In this document: piece after piece, positions 1 through 8,699 of the stretch
Layout of the letters: each line of letters opens with the position of its first letter
Position numbering within the stretch: position 1 is the stretch's first letter
Source: Patescibacteria group bacterium
GTDB lineage: Bacteria > Patescibacteriota > Patescibacteriia > Patescibacteriales > UBA12465
DNA: 64,000 nucleotides
Direction: 5' to 3'
Assembly: GCA_050949525.1 (NCBI GenBank)
Contig: JBMNFW010000001.1
Coordinates: 591,890-655,889 of the forward strand
The notes under the pieces: generated by a model
Seen by the model: the letters and a program-made list of their open reading frames with translations, nothing else
The model's database searches: none
What the model was told of the DNA's origin: nothing
Translations under genes and position numbers: made by a program

Positions 1-1181
1 GGAATATTTCGACCCGGCCCAATCATATATTCATCATGATAAAATAAAGCGCTCGAATAACCACCATCAAGATTAATAGCATAATCAACGCCTAAAGATT
101 TTAAAGCTTCAGCTAAATCAACTACCGTTGATCGACGAGCCACTACTAAAAATATTTTTCCTTTAGAGTTAGGAACAGATTTAAAAGCAATAGCGTTTCT
201 CAAAGCTTTAACATCTCTTTGACTACTATCTAATTCCCAATCAATTAAAAGATTTTTTCCCTCTTCCACTAGTCGTGGCTTATTCCCGATAGCCGCCTGA
301 ATTTTAACTCCCTGCTCTTTTTCAAAATGCTCCACACTACGGAAATCACGACTATCTTTAAAATAATAAAAATTATTAGATTGATCAAAAACCATCAAAG
401 GCCCCGTAGTAGGATATTTCAATTGGTCATCATTAATCATAGTTTTCAAGACCGTATTATAAACCGGAAAAAAATAATAATTTAACTTAGCTCTCGAAGT
501 ATCAAAATAAGTTCCATTAATAGCAGCAAAAGCCCGATGCTTAACAACATAATCAGCTAAAGACTTAGCCGGACCAAAATGATTATTAGAATTAGCAGTA
601 TCAGTGATAATCTTTAATCGAGGATTATCTAAATTAATTTCAACTATATCTAAAGTAAAATCTCCTTCATTAGTAGAAGCAACTCGCTTAAATTGATAAG
701 AACTATACTGATCAATACTCTCGTCTAAAGTATTTTTATGAATCAAAGCTAAATTTTTAATACTAATACCTAAACCTAATTGACGCATTAAATTAAAAGC
801 ATCATCGGGTCGTCCCAGATAATGCTTTTTATAAGTCAAAGGATTAATATACCAAGCCTGCCCCTGTCTCTCAACTTGTAAAACAATTCGTCCAGCTAAT
901 TTTTTAGATAACTCTAAATCTCCATCAATTTCCATGCCATCAGAAGCAATCTTTTGAAAATCAAGTTCTGAAATACCTAAACCTAAACTTCTCATTATCT
1001 CAAAGGCATCAGCAGGTCGGCCTAGATAATAACGCTTAAGATTCGGAGGATAAACATACCAAGCCTGCCCCTCTCTTTCCACATCTAAAAGAATTCGACC
1101 GGATAAAGATGAAGATAAGCTTTGAGCCTGACAAAACTTAAAACTAAGTAAAAAAATAACAAATAAAATAATTTTTTTCAT
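1..1181 (-). CDS. Secreted phosphodiester glycosidase-family (NAGPA/DUF2233-like) protein; 3' end cut by the window edge
   Basis: Absent from the ORF track because it runs off the window. My minus-strand translation from the ATG at 1181..1179 gives MKKIILFVIFLLSFKFCQAQ (signal peptide). Two ~51-aa repeats follow (GRILLDVEREGQAWYVYPPNLKRYYLGRPADAFEIMRSLGLGIS and GRIVLQVERQGQAWYINPLTYKKHYLGRPDDAFNLMRQLGLGIS). Further on come HRAFAAINGTYFDTS and VDYAINLDGGYSSALFYHDEYMIGPGRNI, motifs typical of this family. Confidence 0.6.
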   Translation of the reverse strand, partial: MKKIILFVIFLLSFKFCQAQSLSSSLSGRILLDVEREGQAWYVYPPNLKRYYLGRPADAFEIMRSLGLGISELDFQKIASDGMEIDGDLELSKKLAGRIVLQVERQGQAWYINPLTYKKHYLGRPDDAFNLMRQLGLGISIKNLALIHKNTLDESIDQYSSYQFKRVASTNEGDFTLDIVEINLDNPRLKIITDTANSNNHFGPAKSLADYVVKHRAFAAINGTYFDTSRAKLNYYFFPVYNTVLKTMINDDQLKYPTTGPLMVFDQSNNFYYFKDSRDFRSVEHFEKEQGVKIQAAIGNKPRLVEEGKNLLIDWELDSSQRDVKALRNAIAFKSVPNSKGKIFLVVARRSTVVDLAEALKSLGVDYAINLDGGYSSALFYHDEYMIGPGRNI

Positions 1182-1247
1182 AAACTTTGAACTTTATTAT
1201 ACCACCCTTTTTCTAAAAAAGAAAGATACTAGCTAATATATGAAAGA

Positions 1248-1276
1248 TTGCTAAGCCCCAAAATATTTGTTATAAT
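1248..1276 (+). promoter_or_regulatory. Sigma70-like promoter for the thyX operon
   Basis: TTGCTA (1248..1253), 17-nt spacer, TGt-TATAAT (extended -10; TATAAT at 1271..1276), 32 nt upstream of the ATG at 1309. Confidence 0.45.
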
Positions 1277-1308
1277 TATCTTGTTTTAATAATTAAACTA
1301 TATAATTT

Positions 1309-2598
1309 ATGGCTCAGATTTATCTTTACGACGAGTTTAATCCAGAGGATACCGCAATGTTACAAGCCCTCTACTCTCGTAGCTCTAAAAGTGTTAGTGA
1401 TCATGTTGATAAAGTGAAAGCAAGTGGATCAGGTAAATTTATGGAAACTTTCTATATCGGCTATGGCCATTCCAGTATTGCTGATTGTGGTAGTACCACT
1501 CTCTTTATTGAAGGATTATCAATATTAGCCGATAAAGCTATTCAAGATTGGCCCCTTTATTCTGGTCAGGAAACCTCAACTCGCTATATTGATATGAGTA
1601 AACAAGCCATTATTGATCCAATTAATACTCCAGAATCTCAAGAAATCATCAAAAAATGGATGGATTTCTATATCAATAGTCAAGAGGAAATTCGAGAACA
1701 TTTAATTAAAAAATATCCTAAAAAAGAAGATGAAGATCAGGCTGTCTATGATAAAGCTATTAAAGCTCGAAGCTTTGATATTGGCCGAGGATTTTTACCA
1801 GCTGGCATCACTACTCAATTAAGTTGGCATACTAACCTACGCCAAGCTTATGACAAAATATCATGGTTAAGACAACATCCTTTAGAAGAAGTCCGAGAAA
1901 TAGCTCAAAAAATTCTTCAAATCTTGCAAGAAAAATATCCCCATAGTTTTGGTCAAAAAATAGTAGAAGAACAAGAAGAATATCGAAAAAAAGTTAATGA
2001 AAATCATAATTTTCTCGCTCCTAAAAAAGTTAAAGGAGTAATTATGACCACTGATATTAAAAAGAAAGATTTAAAAAAATATCAAGAAATTTTTGATTTT
2101 CGACCTGCTAAAACCACTTTACCAAATTTCATTGGTGAATTAGGTAGTGTAGGTTTTGAATTTAATCTAGATTATGGCTCATTCCGTGATATTCAACGTC
2201 ATCGAAATGGAGTTTGTCGCATGCCTCTCTTAAGCACTGAACTAGGTTTTAACACTTGGTACTTAGAACAACTACCGGATAATTTAAGAGAAAAAGCTTT
2301 AACTTTAATTGAAGAACAAAAAGAAGCTTTGAATAAACTAGAAGCCAGTCCTGAAATTAAACAATACTATATCGCTCTAGGATTCAATGTTTTCTGTCGA
2401 GTTAATTATAATCTATCAGCCACCATTTATGTCATTGAATTACGTTCCGGTAAAACTGTTCATCCGACTCTAAGAAAAATAGCGCACCAAATGAATCATG
2501 AGCTTACAAAAAAATTTAACAATTTAAAAACATACTGTGACCTAGATCAAGATGATTGGGATTATCGTCGAGGCCTACAGGATATTAAAAAGAAATAA
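1309..2598 (+). CDS. thyX: FAD-dependent thymidylate synthase ThyX family, tandem two-domain form
   Basis: The first half has ThyX-like GHSSIADCGSTTLFIEGLSILA...SGQETSTRY and ARSFDIGRGFLPAGITTQLSWHTNLRQ but no RHR motif. The second half has FRDIQRHRNGVCRM and VIELRSGKTVHPTLRKIA. This reads as a duplicated Thy1 fold in one chain. Confidence 0.65.
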   Translation: MAQIYLYDEFNPEDTAMLQALYSRSSKSVSDHVDKVKASGSGKFMETFYIGYGHSSIADCGSTTLFIEGLSILADKAIQDWPLYSGQETSTRYIDMSKQAIIDPINTPESQEIIKKWMDFYINSQEEIREHLIKKYPKKEDEDQAVYDKAIKARSFDIGRGFLPAGITTQLSWHTNLRQAYDKISWLRQHPLEEVREIAQKILQILQEKYPHSFGQKIVEEQEEYRKKVNENHNFLAPKKVKGVIMTTDIKKKDLKKYQEIFDFRPAKTTLPNFIGELGSVGFEFNLDYGSFRDIQRHRNGVCRMPLLSTELGFNTWYLEQLPDNLREKALTLIEEQKEALNKLEASPEIKQYYIALGFNVFCRVNYNLSATIYVIELRSGKTVHPTLRKIAHQMNHELTKKFNNLKTYCDLDQDDWDYRRGLQDIKKK

Positions 2599-2602
2599 AT
2601 TT

Positions 2603-3166
2603 ATGCCAGAAAAAAAAATCATTATTGGCCTCACCGGTCAAATTGCTTGCGGTAAAGGGGTAGTTAAAAAATTTCTCATTGAAAACTATCACGCTAATGA
2701 TTACCGCTTTTCAACTATTTTAAGAGATGTATTAAAACGTTTAAACATTGAGGAAAGTCGAACTAATATTGCTAAAATGTCCACTATTTTACGTCAAGGG
2801 TTTAGTGAAGATCTTTTAGCTCAAACAATGGCTAATGACGTTAAAAATGATGAATCTCCTTTCATAGTCATTGATGGTATTAGACGTATGGCTGATATTA
2901 AATTTCTAAAAGAATTGGATAATTTTTTCCTAGTTGCAATTGAAGCTGATCCCAAAATTAGATATCAAAGAGTAATAGAAAGAAACGAAAATCCCGGTGA
3001 TGCTCAAAAAACTTGGGAAGATTTTCTAGCTGATGAAAATGCGGAAACCGAACAACAAATACCTGAAACTATGAGTAAAGCTGATTTTACCATTAATAAT
3101 AATGGAAGCTGGGATGAACTTTGGGAACAAATTCATAATTTAGTAAAAAAAATAAATGAACTTTAA
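2603..3166 (+). CDS. P-loop nucleoside/nucleotide kinase (CoaE / dNMP-kinase-like)
   Basis: Walker A in IIGLTGQIACGKG, plus VIDGIRRMADIKFL. I prefer the ATG at 2603 (MPEKKIIIGLTG), 4 nt after the thyX stop, over the track start at 2552, which lies inside thyX. Confidence 0.5.
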   Translation: MPEKKIIIGLTGQIACGKGVVKKFLIENYHANDYRFSTILRDVLKRLNIEESRTNIAKMSTILRQGFSEDLLAQTMANDVKNDESPFIVIDGIRRMADIKFLKELDNFFLVAIEADPKIRYQRVIERNENPGDAQKTWEDFLADENAETEQQIPETMSKADFTINNNGSWDELWEQIHNLVKKINEL

Positions 3167-3485
3167 AGATTATCAACAAGAATCTCGCCGCACCGCTGAA
3201 TACCCTAATTTAGGAAATAATCCTTTCTACCCAGTTTTAGGATTAGCTGGTGAATCCGGTGAAGTTTGTGAAAAATTTAAAAAAGTAATTAGAGATGATG
3301 GAGGAGTTTTAAATCCAGAAAAAATTGAGGAGATAAAATATGAATTAGGTGATGTTTTATGGTATATAACTCAAATTGCTACTGAATTAGGTCTAGATCT
3401 AGAAGATGTTGCTCAAGGTAATTTAAATAAATTAAAATCTCGCCTAGAAAGAAATAAGATACACGGTCAAGGCGATAATCGCTAA
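3156..3485 (+). CDS. MazG-type all-alpha nucleoside triphosphate pyrophosphohydrolase
   Basis: LGLAGESGEVCEKFKK and ELGDVLWYITQIATELGLDLEDV are classic MazG-domain helices. The start overlaps the upstream gene by 11 nt. Confidence 0.8.
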   Translation: MNFKDYQQESRRTAEYPNLGNNPFYPVLGLAGESGEVCEKFKKVIRDDGGVLNPEKIEEIKYELGDVLWYITQIATELGLDLEDVAQGNLNKLKSRLERNKIHGQGDNR

Positions 3486-3489
3486 AACT

Positions 3490-4089
3490 ATGAAAAAAAA
3501 ATCAGGAAAATTAATTGTTTTTTACGGAACTAATAATTTGGGAAAAACTACCCAAGCTCATATTCTATTAGAAAAGCTCCAATCTCAAGGTCTTAAAAGT
3601 CAGTATTTAAAATATCCCATCTACGATTTACTCCCCTCAGGTCAAATTCTAAATGATTATTTAAGAAATGCTAATCCTAATAATCTCAACCCTCGCGAAG
3701 CCCAAATTATTTACACTCTTAACCGAACACAATTTCAAAATGAATTAGAAAAAAAACTACAAGACGGATATTATATTATAGCCGAAGATTATACTGGCAC
3801 TGGCCTAGCTTGGGGGCAAGGAGCTGGAGTTAACATTGAATTCCTAGAAAATATTAACCAACATCTTTTACAAGAAGATTTGGCTATACTTTTTGATGGT
3901 GAAAGATTCAAAAACTCAATTGAAGCCAATCATAAACATGAAGAAGATGATGAATTTTCTCATCGAGTTAGACAAATACATTTAGATCTAGCAAAAAAAT
4001 TTAATTGGAAAGTGGTTCCAGCTAATCTTAGTCGAGAAGAAGTAGCCGAGAAAATTTGGCAAATTGTAAAGAAAAATATAAATAATTAA
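3490..4089 (+). CDS. tmk: Thymidylate kinase-like (dTMP kinase family)
   Basis: KLIVFYGTNNLGKTTQ P-loop. Size (199 aa) and AEDYTGTGLAWGQG resemble the Tmk DRY/lid region. It sits in an operon with thyX. Confidence 0.6.
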   Translation: MKKKSGKLIVFYGTNNLGKTTQAHILLEKLQSQGLKSQYLKYPIYDLLPSGQILNDYLRNANPNNLNPREAQIIYTLNRTQFQNELEKKLQDGYYIIAEDYTGTGLAWGQGAGVNIEFLENINQHLLQEDLAILFDGERFKNSIEANHKHEEDDEFSHRVRQIHLDLAKKFNWKVVPANLSREEVAEKIWQIVKKNINN

Positions 4090-4096
4090 AATACAT

Positions 4097-5620
4097 ATGG
4101 ATTACGACGTTATTATCGGATTAGAAATACATGCTGAAATAAAAACGAAAAGTAAGGCATTTTGCGCCTGTCAAAATGACGCGTTTTTATCACCACCCAA
4201 TACTAATGTCTGCCCAATTTGCTTAGGTCATCCCGGAGCTTTACCTCAAATTAATCAAACCGCTGTAGAAAAAGTGATACTTCTAGGCCTAGCTTTAAAT
4301 TGTCAAATTAACCGACAAAGCCACTTCGATCGTAAAAATTATTTTTATCCTGACCTAGCTAAAGGCTACCAAATATCTCAAGATAAATTTCCCCTAGCCC
4401 ATCATGGCTATTTAGAAGTTAATAAACAAAAAATAGAGATTACCCGAATTCATCTAGAAGAAGATACAGCTAAATTAAGCCATATTCCTGGAAAAAACTA
4501 TACTCTAATTGATTGCAATCGTTCAGGTGTACCTCTTTTAGAATTAGTAACCGAACCTATGATTAGAAATGCAACCACAGCTAAGCTTTTTGGTCAAAGA
4601 TTCCAACAAATTTTAAAGTATCTTGATATTAGTGAAGCTAATATGGAAAAAGGTGAGATGCGTTGTGAAGCTAATGTTAGCTTACAAAAAAAGAACAGCT
4701 GGTATCGTGATACCGATGGAAAAATAAAAACAATTGCTAAAAATAAGTTAAATAATAAAGTTGAACTGAAAAATATTAATTCTTTTCGATCGTTAGAAAA
4801 GGCTATTAATTATGAAATTAAACGACAATCAGAATTATTAAATTCCGGACAAGAAATAGTTTTAGAAACTCGAGGTTATGATGAGAAAACCGGCGAAACT
4901 TATCGACAACGAGATAAGGAAAGTGGAACTGATTATCGCTACTTTCCTGACCCCGATCTTCCACCGATAAAAATAAGTCCAGAAAAAATCGAGGAAATAA
5001 AAAGTCGCTTAATTGAATTACCTCATAAAAAAAAGCAAAGATTTATTGAAGAATATGGTCTCTTACCTGAAACCGCTGAAATAATTATAGCTGATAAAGA
5101 AATTGCTAACTGGACTGAAGGAGTTATCTCCGATTTAGCAGAATGGGTTAAATCAGTTGGCGAATCTTGGAAAAATCAAAGTATTAAATTAATTAATTTA
5201 ATGGCTAATTGGTTAATAAATGAATTATTTCAATATTTAAAAGAAGATAATCAAAATATCAAAAATATAAAAATTACTGCCGAAAATTTTGCCGAACTCA
5301 TTTTATTACTCCATCAAGAAAAAATTACGAAAAACTCTGGTCAAGAAATTCTAAAAATAATGTATGAAACTGGAGGAGATCCAAGTAATATTATGGAAGA
5401 AAAAAATCTAGAAATAAAAACTGAAGATAATGAAGCCGAATTAGAAAATATAATATTAGATATAATAAAAGAATTTTCAGATCAATGGCAAGAATTTTTA
5501 TCCGGAAAAGATGTTCTACTACAATTCTTTATTGGAAAAACCATGGCTCAAACTCAAGGACGATATCGCCCTAAAAAAATTATCGAAATTATTGAACAAT
5601 TAAAAAATGATAAAAAATAA
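4097..5620 (+). CDS. gatB: Asp-tRNA(Asn)/Glu-tRNA(Gln) amidotransferase subunit B
   Basis: N-terminus DYDVIIGLEIHAEIKTKSKAFCAC, then NVCPICLGHPGALP, RIHLEEDTAKL and CNRSGVPLLELVTEP. The length is typical for GatB. Confidence 0.95.
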   Translation: MDYDVIIGLEIHAEIKTKSKAFCACQNDAFLSPPNTNVCPICLGHPGALPQINQTAVEKVILLGLALNCQINRQSHFDRKNYFYPDLAKGYQISQDKFPLAHHGYLEVNKQKIEITRIHLEEDTAKLSHIPGKNYTLIDCNRSGVPLLELVTEPMIRNATTAKLFGQRFQQILKYLDISEANMEKGEMRCEANVSLQKKNSWYRDTDGKIKTIAKNKLNNKVELKNINSFRSLEKAINYEIKRQSELLNSGQEIVLETRGYDEKTGETYRQRDKESGTDYRYFPDPDLPPIKISPEKIEEIKSRLIELPHKKKQRFIEEYGLLPETAEIIIADKEIANWTEGVISDLAEWVKSVGESWKNQSIKLINLMANWLINELFQYLKEDNQNIKNIKITAENFAELILLLHQEKITKNSGQEILKIMYETGGDPSNIMEEKNLEIKTEDNEAELENIILDIIKEFSDQWQEFLSGKDVLLQFFIGKTMAQTQGRYRPKKIIEIIEQLKNDKK

Positions 5621-6062
5621 CCACAAATCAGCTTTTACTTTTATTGAAGTTATAGTTGTCATCTCGGTTATTGCTATTCTAATTACTATCTCAGCTATAT
5701 CAATAAGTCGAACTCGCAGCCAAGCTCGAGATTTGCAAAGACTAAATGATATTAAAGAAATTAGATTAGCCCTAGAATTATATTACCGTGATACTAAAAC
5801 ATATCCCCTTAACCTACATCCAGGAGAACCATTACACAATCCCTTAAACCCAAATATAACTTACCTAGAAAAAATCCCGAGTAATCCACCTTATAGTAAA
5901 AATGAACCATGTAATAACGCCGACTATTTATATGTTTTTAACTATAATACTGAAGGCCCACCTTATTACTTAGCCTTTTGCTTGGAAAATAATGTTAGTG
6001 AATATAATTCAGGTGAACATTGTGCTTCTCCTGATTATATAGGATATGGACCATGCTTCTAA
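5607..6062 (+). CDS. Type IV pilin / T2SS pseudopilin-like protein (prepilin N-terminal methylation domain)
   Basis: N-terminus KSA-FTFIEVIVVISVIAILITI with Glu at +5, then the pseudopilin-G-like helix RLNDIKEIRLALELYYRDTKTYP. Four C-terminal Cys. Confidence 0.8.
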   Translation: MIKNNHKSAFTFIEVIVVISVIAILITISAISISRTRSQARDLQRLNDIKEIRLALELYYRDTKTYPLNLHPGEPLHNPLNPNITYLEKIPSNPPYSKNEPCNNADYLYVFNYNTEGPPYYLAFCLENNVSEYNSGEHCASPDYIGYGPCF

Positions 6063-6484
6063 AGAAAAAAGCTTTTACTTTAATTGAGCTTATCATCACT
6101 ATCTTCATCATTTCCACTATCTTAAGTATAGTTACTATTTCTATTTCTAAAACTAGAGAAAATGCTCGAAATAATCAGCGAGTTCAAGATATTCTACAAA
6201 TCCAACTAGCTCTAGAAGAATATTATTATGATCATGATACCTATCCAGAACATCTAATTCCGGGAGAAACATTAGAAAAAGGAGGTAAAGTATACTTACA
6301 TCCAATTCCCCACAATCCACGACCTCAATCCGATGGATCCTGCCCTAGCTTGGATTATAAATATGGCTTTGATGGAAAAAAATATAAAATAGAGTTCTGT
6401 CTAAGTCAAGAAATTAAACAAATTAATCCCGGATCTAATTGTGCTCAAACAACTGGCATTATTTCTGGACATTGTAATTTTTAG
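6053..6484 (+). CDS. Type IV pilin / pseudopilin-like protein, paralog of the upstream gene
   Basis: KKKA-FTLIELIITIFIISTILSIV, then RVQDILQIQLALEEYYYDHDTYP. Four Cys in the C-terminal half. The start overlaps the upstream gene by 10 nt. Confidence 0.8.
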   Translation: MLLKKKAFTLIELIITIFIISTILSIVTISISKTRENARNNQRVQDILQIQLALEEYYYDHDTYPEHLIPGETLEKGGKVYLHPIPHNPRPQSDGSCPSLDYKYGFDGKKYKIEFCLSQEIKQINPGSNCAQTTGIISGHCNF

Positions 6485-8690
6485 ATAAAAATTTAGATAT
6501 CTCCTTTTTGAAATCTTTTCCCTCACTAAGCCAAATAATTTCTCGACCTTGTTTTTCCCAACGACGAAACCAAGTCATTTGACGCTTAGAGAACTGAGAA
6601 ATGGCAGTGAACAACTTATTAAACATTTCCTGATACGACACCTGACCTTGAAGAAAATAAGCTATCCACTTATACTCTAGACCAAAACCCTCTAAACGTT
6701 GCCAAGAAACTCCATCTTTTTTCAATTTTTCAACTTCATCTATCATTCCTTCATCTTCTAGTCTAGTAACTAATCGATTATATATCTTTTCTCGAATCTC
6801 CTCTCTATTAGGATTTAAACCTAAAACTAAAGTCTCATATCGAGGCTCATTTTTCTTGGGACTAAAATCATTCTCAGTCAACAAGATTTCTAAATATCGA
6901 GCTAAACGTCTTTTATTTTTTAAATCACTAACTTTAATTTCCTTAAAAAACTTAGGATTTATTTTTCTAATCTTAGATTGTAATATTTCTAGAGGTAAAT
7001 CTTCTAACTCCTCTCGATCAACCAAAGAACCTTTAACATTAGATAAAGAATAGTTATCCACTACGGCTTCTAAATATAATCCACTTCCACCAACTAATAT
7101 CGGCAAATGACCTCGAGCTATAACATCATCAATGGCCTTAAAAGCTAATTTTTGATATTGAGCCAAAGAAAAAAACTTTTTGGGACTAACAACATCAATT
7201 AAATGATAAGCAATTTTTTTACCTTGATAAGTATATTCGGCTAAATCCTTACCAGTCCCAATATCCATTCCGGTATAGACTTGACGACTATCAGCACTAA
7301 TAATTTCTCCATTGAAATGATGAGCTAATTTAACCGCTAAAGATGTTTTACCACTAGCGGTAGGACCAAGCAACACCACTAACTTAGGTTTTGGAGAAAC
7401 TAACTCTCCCTTCAACTCAAACTCCAAAACCTTCTTTATCCTAACCTTAACTATCAACCCAATTAAATCATTAGCATTTTTATCACTTTTAAAAGTAACC
7501 ATTTTAAAAGTTCGAGTACGACCAAAAAATTCACCGCGTCGATTATGTCCTTCTACCAAAATTTCTACTTCCCGTTCTAAATAAACTTGATTATTTTCTA
7601 AAGCAGTTTTCTTTAAAATAGCTGTTAAAATTTGCTCACGACGTTTTTTCTCTTCTAAACTAACATTATCTTTCATTCCCGCTGAAACTGTGCCAAAGCG
7701 AGGACTATATTTTGATATATAAATTAAATCAAATTTAACTCTTTCTAATAATTTAACAGTATTTTGAAAATTTTTTTTAGTTTCACCCGGAAAACCAACA
7801 ATAATATCCGTACTAATACTGGCCGGAAAACCATTTTTATTATCCAAAACTTGTCTAATTTTTTTCACCACCTTTTCATACTCCTCAATCTTATACTTCC
7901 GATTCATCGCAGTTAAAATATCATTATCCCCTGATTGAACAGCCAAATGAAAATGCTCCACTATATGTCGACCATTTTTTAAAACTTTTATTAACTCTGA
8001 GTCAACATCTTTAGGATGACTAGTAGCAAAACGAAGCCAAAAATTACCCTCTAAATCGTCAATCATTTTTAATAATTGAGCAAAATTAAGCCCCTCAGAT
8101 TGATAACTATTAACATTCTGAGCAATTAAATTTATTTCCTTATACCCCTCTTTTAATAATTTCTTAACCTCCGATAAAATATCACTAGCGGGACGATAAA
8201 CTTCGGGACCTCGAGCATATGGCACCACACAATATGAACAAAAATTATTACAACCATTACCAATCGGGACTAAAGCCGAAAACTTAGAACTTCTCTTAGC
8301 CTCTAAATCTAAATATGATTTGAGATCCTGATGGGGAAAACTTTTAATCCGAGGAAAAAACTTCTTTAAATCTTTCTCCCAAATCAAAAGATTAGAAATA
8401 TTAAAAAACATTTCGATCTTTTTTCCAACTCGAGATCTAAGATCAGGTCGATCAGATAAACAACCAGTTAAAGCGATAATAGCTGACGGATTATGACGTC
8501 TAATTTGATTAACTAAACCATACACTCGATCTTCAGCTGGCTGTTTAACTCCACAAGTAACAAAAACTATTAAATCAGCTTGAAAAATATCCTCCTCAGC
8601 TTTAAAACCTAAGGCTTCTAAATAAAAAGCCAATCTCTGACCATCAGCTTTATTCATCTGACAACCGATTATAATTAGATTATAAGTCAT
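6459..8690 (-). CDS. miaB-miaA: Fusion of MiaB (tRNA i6A37 methylthiotransferase, radical SAM + TRAM) and MiaA (tRNA dimethylallyltransferase)
   Basis: The N-terminal ~435 aa carry IIGCQMNKADGQRL, the radical-SAM CNNFCSYCVVPYARG motif and a TRAM-like EVEILVEGHNRRGEFFGRTRTFKMV. After the linker SPKPK comes LVVLLGPTASGKTSLAVKLA...IISADSRQVYTGMDIGTGK...LVGGSGLY, typical of MiaA. Confidence 0.85.
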   Translation of the reverse strand: MTYNLIIIGCQMNKADGQRLAFYLEALGFKAEEDIFQADLIVFVTCGVKQPAEDRVYGLVNQIRRHNPSAIIALTGCLSDRPDLRSRVGKKIEMFFNISNLLIWEKDLKKFFPRIKSFPHQDLKSYLDLEAKRSSKFSALVPIGNGCNNFCSYCVVPYARGPEVYRPASDILSEVKKLLKEGYKEINLIAQNVNSYQSEGLNFAQLLKMIDDLEGNFWLRFATSHPKDVDSELIKVLKNGRHIVEHFHLAVQSGDNDILTAMNRKYKIEEYEKVVKKIRQVLDNKNGFPASISTDIIVGFPGETKKNFQNTVKLLERVKFDLIYISKYSPRFGTVSAGMKDNVSLEEKKRREQILTAILKKTALENNQVYLEREVEILVEGHNRRGEFFGRTRTFKMVTFKSDKNANDLIGLIVKVRIKKVLEFELKGELVSPKPKLVVLLGPTASGKTSLAVKLAHHFNGEIISADSRQVYTGMDIGTGKDLAEYTYQGKKIAYHLIDVVSPKKFFSLAQYQKLAFKAIDDVIARGHLPILVGGSGLYLEAVVDNYSLSNVKGSLVDREELEDLPLEILQSKIRKINPKFFKEIKVSDLKNKRRLARYLEILLTENDFSPKKNEPRYETLVLGLNPNREEIREKIYNRLVTRLEDEGMIDEVEKLKKDGVSWQRLEGFGLEYKWIAYFLQGQVSYQEMFNKLFTAISQFSKRQMTWFRRWEKQGREIIWLSEGKDFKKEISKFLSKNYNVQK

Positions 8691-8699
8691 AAAATTAAA

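Noticed and set aside
6856-7053. Short ORFs antisense or out of frame within longer genes. Antisense: 6856..7053, 9578..9784, 18368..18595, 28036..28227, 31969..32277, 39751..39951, 50767..50970, 52439..52627, 53424..53612. Same strand, other frame: 35248..35457, 56575..56799, 56821..57021, 62834..63040.
   Set aside because: Each is fully contained in a much longer ORF with recognisable domains or coherent composition. All have low-complexity products and lack their own expression signals.
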